Shown piece after piece: positions 8,693 through 19,380 of a stretch of DNA of 64,000 nt. Source of the DNA: Candidatus Poribacteria bacterium (GTDB taxonomy: Bacteria; Poribacteria; WGA-4E; WGA-3G). Both the position numbers and the translations under genes were made by a program. Location of the stretch: contig CAXXLX010000001.1 of assembly GCA_963665235.2 (NCBI GenBank), positions 480,001-544,000 of the forward strand, given 5' to 3'. Position 1 is the first letter of the stretch. Each line of letters begins with the position of its first letter. The notes beneath the pieces are model-generated. The model saw nothing but the letters and a program-made list of their open reading frames with translations, made no database searches and was not told where the DNA came from.

Positions 8693-9890
8693 ACTTACAA
8701 ACATAGACGGGGCGGGCGTTCACGCACATTCAATACCGAGAACCAAATGTTACACTTTGTGTCAAAAGTGTAACATTTACACACAAATAGAACAAAAAAA
8801 TAGGAGACAGAACGATAAGAATTGTAGCACATACTTCCAGTTTGTGCCTCTATAAAGTAGGCAGGACAGATGTTACACTTTGTGTCAAAAGTGTAACATT
8901 TACACACAAATAGAACAAAAAAATAGGAGACAGAACGATAAGAATTGTAGCACATACTTCCAGTTTGTGCCTCTATAAAGTAGGCAGGACAGATACTCGA
9001 AAACCGGCCTCCGATATGTCCCACTTCGTTTTTTATGTGTTGTGAAAAAGATAGGGGTAAATCGCTTGAAAAGCTATACGTAGCGTGCGTTTGTGCGAAT
9101 GCAGCACCGAGAACCAAATGTTACACTTTGTGTCAAAAGTGTAACATTTACACACAAATAGAACAAAAAAATAGGAGACAGAACGATAAGAATTGTAGCA
9201 CATACTTCCAGTTTGTGCCTCTATAAAGTAGGCAGGACAGATACCCGAAATCGGCAGTCGAAATGACACAACGCGTTTTTTTCTGTTGCGAAAAAGAGAG
9301 GGAAAAACCACTTACAAACATAGATAGGGCGGGCGTTTGTGCACATGCAACACCGAAAACCAAATGTTACACTTTGTGTCAAAAGTGTAACATTTACACA
9401 CAAACCGCACAAAAAAGTAGGAGACAGAACGATAAGAATTGTAGCACATACTTCCAGTTTGTGCCTCTATAAAGTAGGCAGGACAGATACCCGAAATCGA
9501 CAGTCGAAATGACACAACGCGTTTTTTTCTGTTGCGAAAAAGAGAGGGAAAAACCACTTACAAACATAGATAGGGCGGGCGTTTGTGCACATGCAACACC
9601 GAAAACCAAATGTTACACTTTGTGTCAAAAGTGTAACATTTACACACAAACCGCACAAAAAAGTAGGAGACAGAACGATAAGAATTGTAGCACATACTTC
9701 CAGTTTGTGCCTCTATAAAGTAGGCAGGACAGATACCCGAAATCGACGGTTAAAATGACACAACGCGTTTTTTTCTGTTGCGAAAAAGAGAGGGAAAAAC
9801 CGCTTATAAACATAGACGGGGCGGGCGTTCACACACATGCAATACACAAAACCATAAGTTACACTTTGTGTCAAAAGTGTAACATTTACA
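8693..9890. repeat. Tandem array with about 246-bp period, each unit with a 34-bp palindrome and a REP
   Basis: TGTTACACTTT-GTGTCA-AAAGTGTAACA six times; GTAGCACATACTTCCAGTTTGTGC five times. Confidence 0.9.
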
Positions 9891-9921
9891 CCGGTTTTGT
9901 ACAAAAACTTTACACACCCAC

Positions 9922-9950
9922 TTGACATTTTTTGGAAAAAATGGCATACT
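9922..9950 (+). promoter_or_regulatory. Sigma70 promoter of the cupin gene
   Basis: TTGACA-17-CATACT with extended TG. Confidence 0.65.
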
Positions 9951-9977
9951 TAAACGAAAACAAATTCGGAGGACGCA

Positions 9978-10610
9978 ATGGGATTTCCTGTTTACGATTA
10001 CCGCACAGATGTCCGGAACGTTTTGGTAACACCCCAGATCCGCTCACGTTTCCTGAGAATGGAACCCGGACAGAGTGCACAACTACATAGTCATGACCTC
10101 GGTCACGAGATTTTCCTGATTCTGGAAGGGCGCGTTGAATTTGAAATCGATGGTGAAACGGAAGAGTTAGGCCCAGGACAGATGTGTGTCGCGCTAGCCG
10201 AGCAGCCGCACAAGGTACGTGTGCTCGGAGACGAACCGATGACGATGTATCTATCTGTCACACCCCATATCCATCCGACACACACACCGCGAACAGAAGA
10301 TGGCCAAAGACTTCCACCCAATTTCGCACCAGCGAGTGCTTACGATGTGGAACCGGATATGCAGATATCCGTGTCGGAGCTCGTTAAGCAGCAGATACAT
10401 GCCTCACAACAGCTTGCAGAACTCACCCGAAGGTGTACGGCGGTCCAGGAAGAAATGGGCAGCCAACTCAAAGCCGCAATTGCCGAAGGCGATGAACAGG
10501 CTGCCGCCGCAGCCCGAAAAGCCATGTGGGAAGCAATGTACCCTGTTTACAGAGCAGCCGCTGAACTAGCCGATATTTGGAATGAACTCGCACCACGCGC
10601 GACCTTGTAG
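9978..10610 (+). CDS. Cupin domain protein
   Basis: HSHD..HEIFLILEG and PHKV cupin motifs; helical C-terminus; GGAGG RBS. Confidence 0.85.
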   Translation: MGFPVYDYRTDVRNVLVTPQIRSRFLRMEPGQSAQLHSHDLGHEIFLILEGRVEFEIDGETEELGPGQMCVALAEQPHKVRVLGDEPMTMYLSVTPHIHPTHTPRTEDGQRLPPNFAPASAYDVEPDMQISVSELVKQQIHASQQLAELTRRCTAVQEEMGSQLKAAIAEGDEQAAAAARKAMWEAMYPVYRAAAELADIWNELAPRATL

Positions 10611-10756
10611 GATACTTTTTTAATTTGATTTACCGCTCTGATTTATGGTAGAATTACAAAAAACGGTCCTATGTGTAAAACGTCCATGCTCTAGGCGAGC
10701 GATGTGGTACCTACTCTCTAAAAAAAGATTTGACATTCACAAAGCGAATGTGTTAT

Positions 10757-11347
10757 CAAGTCCCAGCTACAAAACCCCTGTGCTTTAGCTGGGGGATGTA
10801 GTAGCGGCGCATGAGCTAAAATTTAACTTGACTTTTGCCTTAAAATGTTGTATAATATTAGCAGCTGCTGGTAAAGAAATACGACCCCGTGTTTACGCGT
10901 GTTCTCTACCAATCCCTTGTATTGGGTAGAGCAGTTGCAGCGAACCACAGACACTGCAAGCGGTATAAACTCTAAATATAGACCGGAATTCCCTGTAATA
11001 GGACGGTCTCACTACTACATATAGGTCTAGCTGGCCTGCTGTTGCCAAGTGCCCAAATACGTGAGCGGACTCTCTACTTAGCTGCCTGATAGTCCCCTGG
11101 AGGATACAAGCTATCTCCAGAGTGCGATGCACTAAAAAACTTGTCCTGATTTTTCCGCTAAACGGGAATTTCATGTATTGTAGGGCAGGGCATTGTCCTA
11201 CTTGGAGTAGAACGTGTTAGACTTGTTTTGTGAAGTCCTTCGGGACAGCAAACTGCAAGCGACGTTTGTTGATACCACAATCTACCCAGAGAGGCATTGG
11301 GCTCTTTACTAAGAATCCCCCATGCTTTAGCTGGGGGAGTATGTCAA
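10757..11347 (+). mobile_element. Non-autonomous IS200/IS605 (TnpB-type) element with no credible protein gene
   Basis: TTAT|CAAG left end, GCTTTAGC subterminal hairpins at both ends, right end GAATCCCC...GGGGAGTATGTCAA; internal TTGACT-17-TATAAT. Confidence 0.8.
11180..11347 (+). ncRNA. TnpB omega-RNA (reRNA)-like scaffold
   Basis: Structured right-end region ending in hairpin plus GTCAA; guide would be the downstream flank ACTACATGTATAAAATCGTA. Confidence 0.6.
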
Positions 11348-11747
11348 ACTACATGTATAAAATCGTATAGAAAAGCGTGGAAAATACCTTATTGCGGATT
11401 TTGCTTAACTTAAAATGAACTTTATGTCCCTAAGGTCCTTCGGTAAATGAACTTTATGTCCCTAAGGTCCTTCGGTGCACAAGCGGAGGTATCGTCTGTC
11501 GTTCTCAGCATTTGTAAGCCGGGCCATTCCGCAAGATGTGCTAACCGAGAACCCGAGCCGGTGGGAAAGCACATGAATCCGACAAAATAATCCCCTTTGA
11601 GCTGTCGAAGGAAAGTATATCAGATTGAAATGCCGATTTGCTTCGGTTTCACTTCGTTCAATTATTATAAATTTTTAAGGCATGCGGTTTTTCTTCCGTA
11701 GGTTTCCAAACCGCAAATTACAATAAATTAGCTAAGGAGTATTTTTT

Positions 11748-14609
11748 ATGAAAAACCAATTTTTCAATAGGAGAACCCTGTTTTTCCTATTGGCGATTGT
11801 AACATGTTTGGGATTTACAGCCATGAGTTACGGTGCAGCCACTGTCTCGGTTGATCCCGCTACACTTGAATCCCCAGCGGCCGGGGAACAATTCACAGTA
11901 GATATTACCATAGCAGGCGGCGCAGGCATCGCTGGTTACCAGGTAACCGTAAACTTCGATTCGACTGCGCTCAGTTATGTCTCTATTGCATATCAAGAAG
12001 ATTATCTTGAGAAACCCGCGGACCTATTAAGCCCCGTTACCGTATCTGATAATAGCGTAGTTTTTTGGGCAATAGGTGGTGCGCCGGATGGGGATCACAC
12101 CCTTGCTACGATAACATTTGAGGTTGTGGAAGCGAAAGAATCCGCCATTACCCTATCAGATATTGTTCTTTCTGATGCTGCTTCAGATGCATTAGAAGTC
12201 ACAACAGTAGATGGGGCGATTACTGTTCCCGCGACAGAAGAGCCAACAGACCCAACGGATGAACCAACAGACCCAACGGATGAACCAACAGATCCGACTG
12301 ATGAGCCAACAGACCCAACGGATGAACCAACAGATCCGACTGACGAGCCAACAGACCCAACGGATGAACCAACAGATCCGACTGACGAGCCAACAGACCC
12401 AACGGATGAACCAACAGATCCGACTGATGAGCCAACAGACCCAACGGATGAACCAACAGATCCGACTGACGAGCCAACAGACCCAACGGATGAACCAACA
12501 GATCCGACTGACGAGCCAACAGACCCAACGGATGAACCAACAGACCCAACGGATGAACCAACAGACCCAACGGATGAACCAACAGATCCGACTGAACCAA
12601 CGGAACCGACCGTAGCTACCGTTTCTGTCACTCCCGATACATTTGAATCTCCAGCGGTTGGGGACCAATTCTCTATAGATATTACCATAGCAGGTAGTGC
12701 AGGGGTTGCCGGTTACCAGGCGACTGTAAACTTTGATTCGACTGCACTCAGCTATGTCTCTATTGCATATCGAGAAGACTATCTTGAGAAACCCGCGGAC
12801 CTCTTAAACCCCGTTAATGTATCCGAAAATAGCGTACATTTCTGGGCGTTGGGTAGTGCACCGGATGGTGACCACACGCTTGCTACGATAACATTTGAAG
12901 TGATTGAGGCGAAAGAATCCGCTATTACCTTGTCAAACGTTCTACTTTCTGATGCTGCTTCAGGTGCATTGACAGTCACAACTACAGATGGAATGATCAT
13001 TGCTCCCTCGACAGAGCCACCAGAGCCGCCAGTGGAACCAAAAGAGCAACTCTTTGAAATTACCCTCACCAGCCTCACCGTGGGACCACCGGGAGGACAA
13101 ATCTTTTCGCCACCCATCTTTGCTACACACACATCAGCGGCAAATCTCGGCATGGTTGGGGAACCCGCCAATCCGGCACTCGTCACCCTTGCTGAAACTG
13201 GAGCTGTCTCAGGGTTACTTGCACTTGCTGGAGCCGTAGGCGCGAATACTGCTGTCGCAGATGGGCTAGTTCTTCCGGGCCAGTCCGTTACCGTTCGGTT
13301 AACTGGCAACGCAATGAACAATTCACTTACCGCCGCGGCAATGTTAGTTTCAACAAATGATGGGTTCATCCTTGGCAGTATACCGCTCTACGATGAGGAC
13401 GGTATGCCTGTGTCCACAACGTTGGATTTAATAGCTTTCGATGCAGGTAGCGAAGAAAACACAGAGCTTGCATCCGATATTCCGGGGCCGACCGCTGCCC
13501 TTGAGGAAAACCCAGGCGCAACCAATGCGCGTGTACCAACAGAAGATGGCGTAATCATGCCACACCCTGGCGTTCAAGGCATTGGCGATTTGCCCCCAAC
13601 ACTTTTAGGTTGGACAGAACCGGTGGCGACCCTAACAATCACCCCGGTATCCGATGAAGAGCCACCGGTAGACCCGGAGCCACCGGAACCTACCGAACCT
13701 AGCTATGACATCGTGCTTGAACGCGGATTAAACATGATCGCTGTTCCGCTGATGCCCGAAGAGCCCTACACAGCGGCATCGCTTGCCGAAAAGTTAGGCG
13801 CAACAATTGTCATCAAATTAGAGGCTGACACACAGCGACTCCTCGGCTATTCCGCAGCTGAAGAAGGAGATGGCTTCGCTATCGAAGGTGGAAAAGGGTA
13901 CATCGTCAATACACCCACAGGTGGAACCGTAACATTTACAGGCACTGCATGGAACAACCAAACTGTTGATGCACCCGCTGCACCGAGTACCACCACCGCT
14001 AAGAACGCCTGGGCATTCGTTATCACAAGTCAATTGCATGATAAAGAACCCGGGGCATCTTACACCCTAGTGTCCAAAAACCTTCGCACGGGAGTTGTCG
14101 CAACCAAGAATGTTACCAGCGACGATGCAAGCAGCTCAACTGCCTGGGCAAATCTCGACCTCCAGAGCGTCGTTGAAGCCGGTGATCGGGTTGAAATTAC
14201 ACTCCTCGACGAACGCGGCACCGTTGTCTCCGGACCGTTTGAACGCACAATTCAAACCTCCGATATTCACAACGCATATCTGAGCGTGCAGCTGCGAGTT
14301 GGCGATGTCCGTCCGAACGAAACACTCCTCGGACAGAACTTCCCGAACCCGTTCAACCCCGAAACATGGATACCTTATCAACTGAATCGCGACACCCTCG
14401 TGACCATTGAAATCTTTGATGTTTCCGGGCATTTGGTTCGTACGCTAGACCTAGGACATAAGTCAACAGGCACATACATGACGACTTCAACAGCAGCTTA
14501 TTGGGATGGGAAAAATGACGCAGGCGAAGCTGTCTCCAGCGGGATATATTTCTATGTCCTCAAAACAGAGAACTTCTCTGCAACGCGCAGAATGGTCATC
14601 CTCAAGTAG
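11748..14609 (+). CDS. Secreted protein: two cohesin-like domains, PTD(E/P) linker, Spondin_N-like domain, C-terminal FlgD-Ig/sorting domain
   Basis: Signal peptide; VNFDSTALSY..LATITFEV twice; QIFSPPIFATH..LAETG..TNDGF..FDAGSEEN; NFPNPFNPETWIPYQL..YWDGKN..GIYFY. Confidence 0.85.
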   Translation: MKNQFFNRRTLFFLLAIVTCLGFTAMSYGAATVSVDPATLESPAAGEQFTVDITIAGGAGIAGYQVTVNFDSTALSYVSIAYQEDYLEKPADLLSPVTVSDNSVVFWAIGGAPDGDHTLATITFEVVEAKESAITLSDIVLSDAASDALEVTTVDGAITVPATEEPTDPTDEPTDPTDEPTDPTDEPTDPTDEPTDPTDEPTDPTDEPTDPTDEPTDPTDEPTDPTDEPTDPTDEPTDPTDEPTDPTDEPTDPTDEPTDPTDEPTDPTDEPTDPTDEPTDPTEPTEPTVATVSVTPDTFESPAVGDQFSIDITIAGSAGVAGYQATVNFDSTALSYVSIAYREDYLEKPADLLNPVNVSENSVHFWALGSAPDGDHTLATITFEVIEAKESAITLSNVLLSDAASGALTVTTTDGMIIAPSTEPPEPPVEPKEQLFEITLTSLTVGPPGGQIFSPPIFATHTSAANLGMVGEPANPALVTLAETGAVSGLLALAGAVGANTAVADGLVLPGQSVTVRLTGNAMNNSLTAAAMLVSTNDGFILGSIPLYDEDGMPVSTTLDLIAFDAGSEENTELASDIPGPTAALEENPGATNARVPTEDGVIMPHPGVQGIGDLPPTLLGWTEPVATLTITPVSDEEPPVDPEPPEPTEPSYDIVLERGLNMIAVPLMPEEPYTAASLAEKLGATIVIKLEADTQRLLGYSAAEEGDGFAIEGGKGYIVNTPTGGTVTFTGTAWNNQTVDAPAAPSTTTAKNAWAFVITSQLHDKEPGASYTLVSKNLRTGVVATKNVTSDDASSSTAWANLDLQSVVEAGDRVEITLLDERGTVVSGPFERTIQTSDIHNAYLSVQLRVGDVRPNETLLGQNFPNPFNPETWIPYQLNRDTLVTIEIFDVSGHLVRTLDLGHKSTGTYMTTSTAAYWDGKNDAGEAVSSGIYFYVLKTENFSATRRMVILK
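12238..12610 (+). repeat. Coding 21-bp tandem repeat (EPTDPTD, about 18 copies)
   Basis: Visible in DNA and translation. Confidence 0.95.
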
Positions 14610-14615
14610 GCTTAA

Positions 14616-15010
14616 CACGCCTCCGTCAAATCCCCATGCTTTAGCTTGTGGGATGTAGACGGCTCAGGGCGTTGTTGAAAAATTTAATTTGACTTTTACC
14701 GAAAAATGTGGTATAATTATATCAGCATCGTGGACAGCATTCTCAGACTACACTCTCATGTAGTTGCTGTCCCTCAACCCTGAGAAGTTGCGTGATGCTG
14801 GTGCGAAATCACTGAAAACATTTCGGGATACACCGACGCTACATGTGGAGTAGAATCCCAGTCAACAGTGTGTATCCCCTCAATTCTATTCTAAAACGGG
14901 CAGGCTTAGCTGCCCTAAGTGGAGACGATGTCCGACGAGTTATCCCTCAGGGGTAACCGCTGTTGTCGAGGAAGCACAAGCCCCCACCTTTAGGTGGTGG
15001 GTACTATGAC
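14616..15010 (+). mobile_element. Second non-autonomous IS200/IS605 (TnpB-type) element, no ORF
   Basis: GCTTTAGC left hairpin, TTGACT-17-TATAAT, right end GAAGCACAAGCCCCCACCTTTAGGTGGTGGGTACTATGAC; ends approximate. Confidence 0.75.
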
Positions 15011-15028
15011 CAACTAACACGTAACAAT

Positions 15029-15100
15029 AAAAACGCCCCGACTGCCGGTTTTCCGAGCGTGAATCAATTCCGATTAACGTCGGCGGTGGGGCGTTTTTTC
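15029..15100 (+). terminator. Intrinsic terminator-like hairpin
   Basis: AAAAACGCCCC...GGGGCGTTTTTT. Confidence 0.6.
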
Positions 15101-15110
15101 AATTAATTAT

Positions 15111-15425
15111 ACCTAAGTTGCCACCTAGTAGCACAAACTTCCTAGTTTGGGTCTTCCATAAGGGCGCGAACTAGGAAGTTCACGCTACAATTAACAGCAG
15201 TTTTTGACTAATTAACGCAAGTTGCCACCTAGTAGCACAAACTTCCTAGTTTGGGTCTTCCATAAGGGCGCGAACTAGGAAGTTCACGCTACAATTAACA
15301 GCAGTTTTTGACTAATTAACGCAAGTTGCCACCTAGTAGCACAAACTTCCTAGTTTGGGTCTTCCATAAGGGCGCGAACTAGGAAGTTCACGCTACAATT
15401 AACAGCAGTTTTTGACTAATTAGAT
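15111..15425. mobile_element. ACCTAAGTTGC-type MITE with three tandem ~101-bp units, each an inverted REP pair (REPIN-like)
   Basis: TAATTAT at 15104-15110 and 15426-15432; GTAGCACAAACTTCCTAGTTTG...GAACTAGGAAGTTCACGCTAC three times. Confidence 0.75.
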
Positions 15426-15453
15426 TAATTATACGGTAGAGGTGTCGGTTTTG

Positions 15454-18400
15454 ATGTATCTAAAAAATATCCTATCTATCTCACTCGGACTTATACTCTT
15501 TCTCGCAGCAAGCAACGGAAATGTACTTGGCTACTCCTTTAATCCCCCTGATGGACTAACAGGAGCACCCAATGAAGGCAACTGTACACAGTGCCACGCA
15601 GGCAATGCCCTGAACGACTCAGATGGCTCCCTGATTTTGACTATACCTGAAAACTATTCACCAGGTGAAACCTACGATATTGTTGTCAAATTATCACACC
15701 CAGGACAAAAAAGATGGGGATTCGAAATGACAGCACTGAATAGTAGCGGGACACGCGCCGGCACCTTTGCTACAGCAGATGGAAATACACAAGTTTCTAC
15801 AGCAGGTGGAAAGCAATACATTAAACAGACTCTCTCCGGCGTAGCCACCGATAAAGCAGACTCCAACAGCTGGACATTTAAATGGACTGCACCCACCACC
15901 GATGTCGGAACTATAACATTTTACGCTGCAGGAAACGCTGCAAATAGTGATTTTACCTTCCGGGAAGATTATATCTATACCCAAAAAGCGACATCGGACG
16001 CTCCCCCTATTTATGGGCTTACGCTAATAGGCGTAGGTGCCTTGACAAAACAAACCGCAGATCCAAGTTCAGGTGTTAGTTATACGCTCCAGCTCACGAA
16101 CACCGGCAACACAACCGATACGTTTAAACTATCAACGTCAGGAGCTGTGGCTGCTACCCTCAGTCGCACCACTGTCTCCCTCACACCTAATGCTTCCACC
16201 CAAGTAACAGCCAAAATCGCTGGGACCGCGCTATCGGCTGCGGGAACTTATGATGTCAAGGTTACAGCAACTTCACAAGGGGATAGCGCGCAAACTGCTG
16301 ATATTACAACGACAACAACGGTCCTGCCTATTTACGATGTTACGTTAGCCGGCGTAGGCGCGGTGGCAAAACAGACCACAGACGCAAGCGCGGGGGTTAG
16401 TTATACGCTTCGGATTACAAACACGGGAAATACAACCGATACGTTTAGACTATCAACATCAGGCGATGCGAATGCTACCGTCAATCGAACCTCTGTATCG
16501 CTTGGGCGTGGCGCATCTACCCAGGTAACGGTAACAGTGTCTGACCCTGTGCTATCAACCGCGGGAACTTATGATGTCAAGGTTACAGCAACTTCACAAA
16601 GCGATACAACACAAACCGATGATATTACAACAAAAACCACTGTCCCACCTGTTTACGGGGTCACGCTAACCGGTGTAGGTGCGCTGGCAAAACAGACCAC
16701 AGACGCAAGCACAGGCATCAGCTATACACTCAAAATCACAAACACGGGAAACACAAACGATACGGTTAAACTATCAACATCAGGCGATGCAAATGCTACC
16801 CTTAGCCGGTATGCTATCTCACTTGCGCGCGGGGCTTCCACACAAGTGACAGTGAGGGTTTCTGGTGCTGCACTCGCCGCCGCGGGGAGTTATACTGTCA
16901 AGGTTACAGCAGCATCACAAAACGATACTACAAAAACCGATGACATTACAACAAAAACCACGATCCTCCCGGTTTACGGGGTTGCGTTAGCAGGGGTAGG
17001 CGCACTAGAAAAAGAGACCTCAGATATGAGTTCGGGTGTCAGTTATAGTTATACGCTTCAGGTCAAAAACACAGGAAACACAGATGACACCATACTGCTT
17101 AGCTCCTCAGCAGAAGTCGGCATTGAGGGAAGTGTGCTCGGAACATTCACTCAAACAGGCACACAAGCACAGCAGGTCAGCCAGTTAGAGGTTACACTAG
17201 CCGCCGGAAAATCTGCCGAAGTTATCTTTACAGCAGCAGGGGATGTCTTTACAAAACCGGGCGAATACACAATCGAAGTTACAGCAACTTCGCAAAACGA
17301 TACTACAAAAACCGCCCAAGCAACAACCACTACAACCGTTTTACCTGTTTACGGGGTTGCGTTAGCAGGTGTAGGTGCACTGGCAAAACAGACCACAGAC
17401 GCACGCGCAGGCAGCAGCTATACACTTCGCATTACAAACACGGGAAACACAGACGACACGATACTGCTTAGCTCCTCAGCAGAGGTCGGCATTGGCGGAA
17501 GCGTGCTCGGAACATTCACTCAAACAGTGCGCAAGCACAGCAGACCAGCCAGTTAGAGGTTACCCTTTCCACCGGAACATCTACAGAGGTTATCTTCACA
17601 GCAGCAGGAGACCTTCTTACAAAACCGGGCGAATACACAATCGAAGTTACAGCAACTTCGCAAAACGATACTACAAAAACTGCCCAATCAACAACCACTA
17701 CAACGGTTTTACCTGTTTACGGGGTTGCGTTAGCAGGTGTAGGTGCACTGGCAAAACAGACCGCAGACGCACGCGCAGGCAGCAGCTATACGCTTCGCAT
17801 TACAAACACGGGAAACACAGACGACACGATACTGCTCAGCTCCTCAGCAGAGGTCGGCATTGGCGGAAGCGTGCTCGGAACATTCACCCAAACAGGTGCG
17901 CAAGCACAGCAGACCAGCCAGTTAGAGGTTACCCTTTCCACCGGAACATCTACAGAGGTTATCTTCACAGCAGCAGGAGACCTCCTTACAAAACCGGGCG
18001 AATACACAATCGAAGTTACAGCAACTTCGCAAAACGATACTACAAAAACTGCCCAAGCAACAACCACTACAACGGTTTTACCTGTTTACGGGGTTGCGTT
18101 AGCAGGTGTAGGTGCACTGGCAAAACAGACCGCAGACGCACGCGCGGGCAGCAGCTATACGCTTCGCATTACAAACACGGGAAACACAGACGACACGATA
18201 CTGCTCAGCTCCTCAGCAGAGGTCGGCATTGGCGGAAGCGTGCTCGGAACATTCACCCAAACAGGTTCACAAGCACAGCAGGGCAGCCAGTTAGAGGTTA
18301 CCCTTTCCACCGGAACATCTGCCGAGGTTATCTTCACAGCAGCAGGAGACCTCCTTACAAAACCGGGCGAATACACAATCGAAGTTACGGCAACATCGCA

Positions 18401-19352
18401 AAACGATACTACAAAAACTGCTGAAGCAACAACCACTACAACCGTTTTACCTGTTTACGGGGTTGCATTAGCAGGTGTAGACGAGCTGACAAAAGAGATA
18501 GCGACAGCAGGCGAACCGGTCAGCTATACGTTCAAAATCACAAATACAGGCAACACAGCCGATGTCATAGATATAGCAACGACAGGCGATGCGGCCGCCA
18601 CATTAAGTCAGACCACTATCTCACTATCCGCCGGGGCTTCAGCAGAAGTGACGATGACAGTCCCTACGACCGCACTAGCAACTGCCGGCGATTACGTTGT
18701 CACGTTTACAGTCACTTCCCAGGGGGATAGCACACAAACCGCTAAAACGACAACCACAACCACTCTTCTGCCAGTTACACCGGTTTATAGTGTCACGTTT
18801 GAAGGGGATAGTGAACATACTGGCTCAACCGTGGATGTGCTGTCGGGTGTGAGTTATACACTCACGGTCACAAACACCGGGAATATGGATGACACGATAC
18901 TGCTTGGCTCTTCAGCAGAGGCTGGCATTGAAGGGAGTATGCTCGGGGCATTCGCTGCTATAGATTCACCAGAACAGCGGAGTGGTCAGTTAGAAGTTGT
19001 ACTAGCCGCCGGAACATCTGCCGAGGTTATCTTCACAGCGGCAGGAGATTTCTTTACAAAACCGGGCGACTATGCAATTGAAGTTACGGCAACATCGCAA
19101 GCGGATACCACAAAAACCGCCGTGCTTACCATAACAACAACGATAACCCCTGTACCCTCAGACGTGAATGCTGATGGGGTGGTAAATATTTTGGATTTAG
19201 TGAAAGTTGCCAATCAATTCGGTGAAGTTGGCGATGGTCTCGTTGGGGATGTGAACATAGATGGGCGCGTAAATATCCTTGATTTAGTAAAGGTCTCCTC
19301 CCGTTTCGGTAAGACCCAAGTGGAGATTGTCGAAATCTTGCCGCCCCTTTAA
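15454..19352 (+). CDS. Large secreted protein: Reeler/choice-of-anchor-V-like domain with CxxCH, about nine Ig-like repeats, C-terminal dockerin; one frameshift near 17527
   Basis: TGAPNEGNCTQCH..WTFKWTAP..FYAAGNAAN; TNTGNTxD repeats; DVNADGVVNILDL and DVNIDGRVNILDL; ACAGTGCG vs ACAGGTGCG in the sister repeat. Confidence 0.8.
17335..18480 (+). repeat. Three near-identical 369-bp coding repeats
   Basis: Shadow ORFs at 17743 and 18112 repeat with a 369-bp period. Confidence 0.9.
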
Positions 19353-19380
19353 AAAGCAGCTTAGGAGAATACGTGTGTTT

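Noticed and set aside
8695-9928. Cys-rich short ORFs in the 246-bp array
   Set aside because: Stops interrupt each frame and the palindromes explain the conservation better.
12095-12688. Antisense and alternate-frame repeat ORFs
   Set aside because: Shadows of the EPTDPTD coding repeat.
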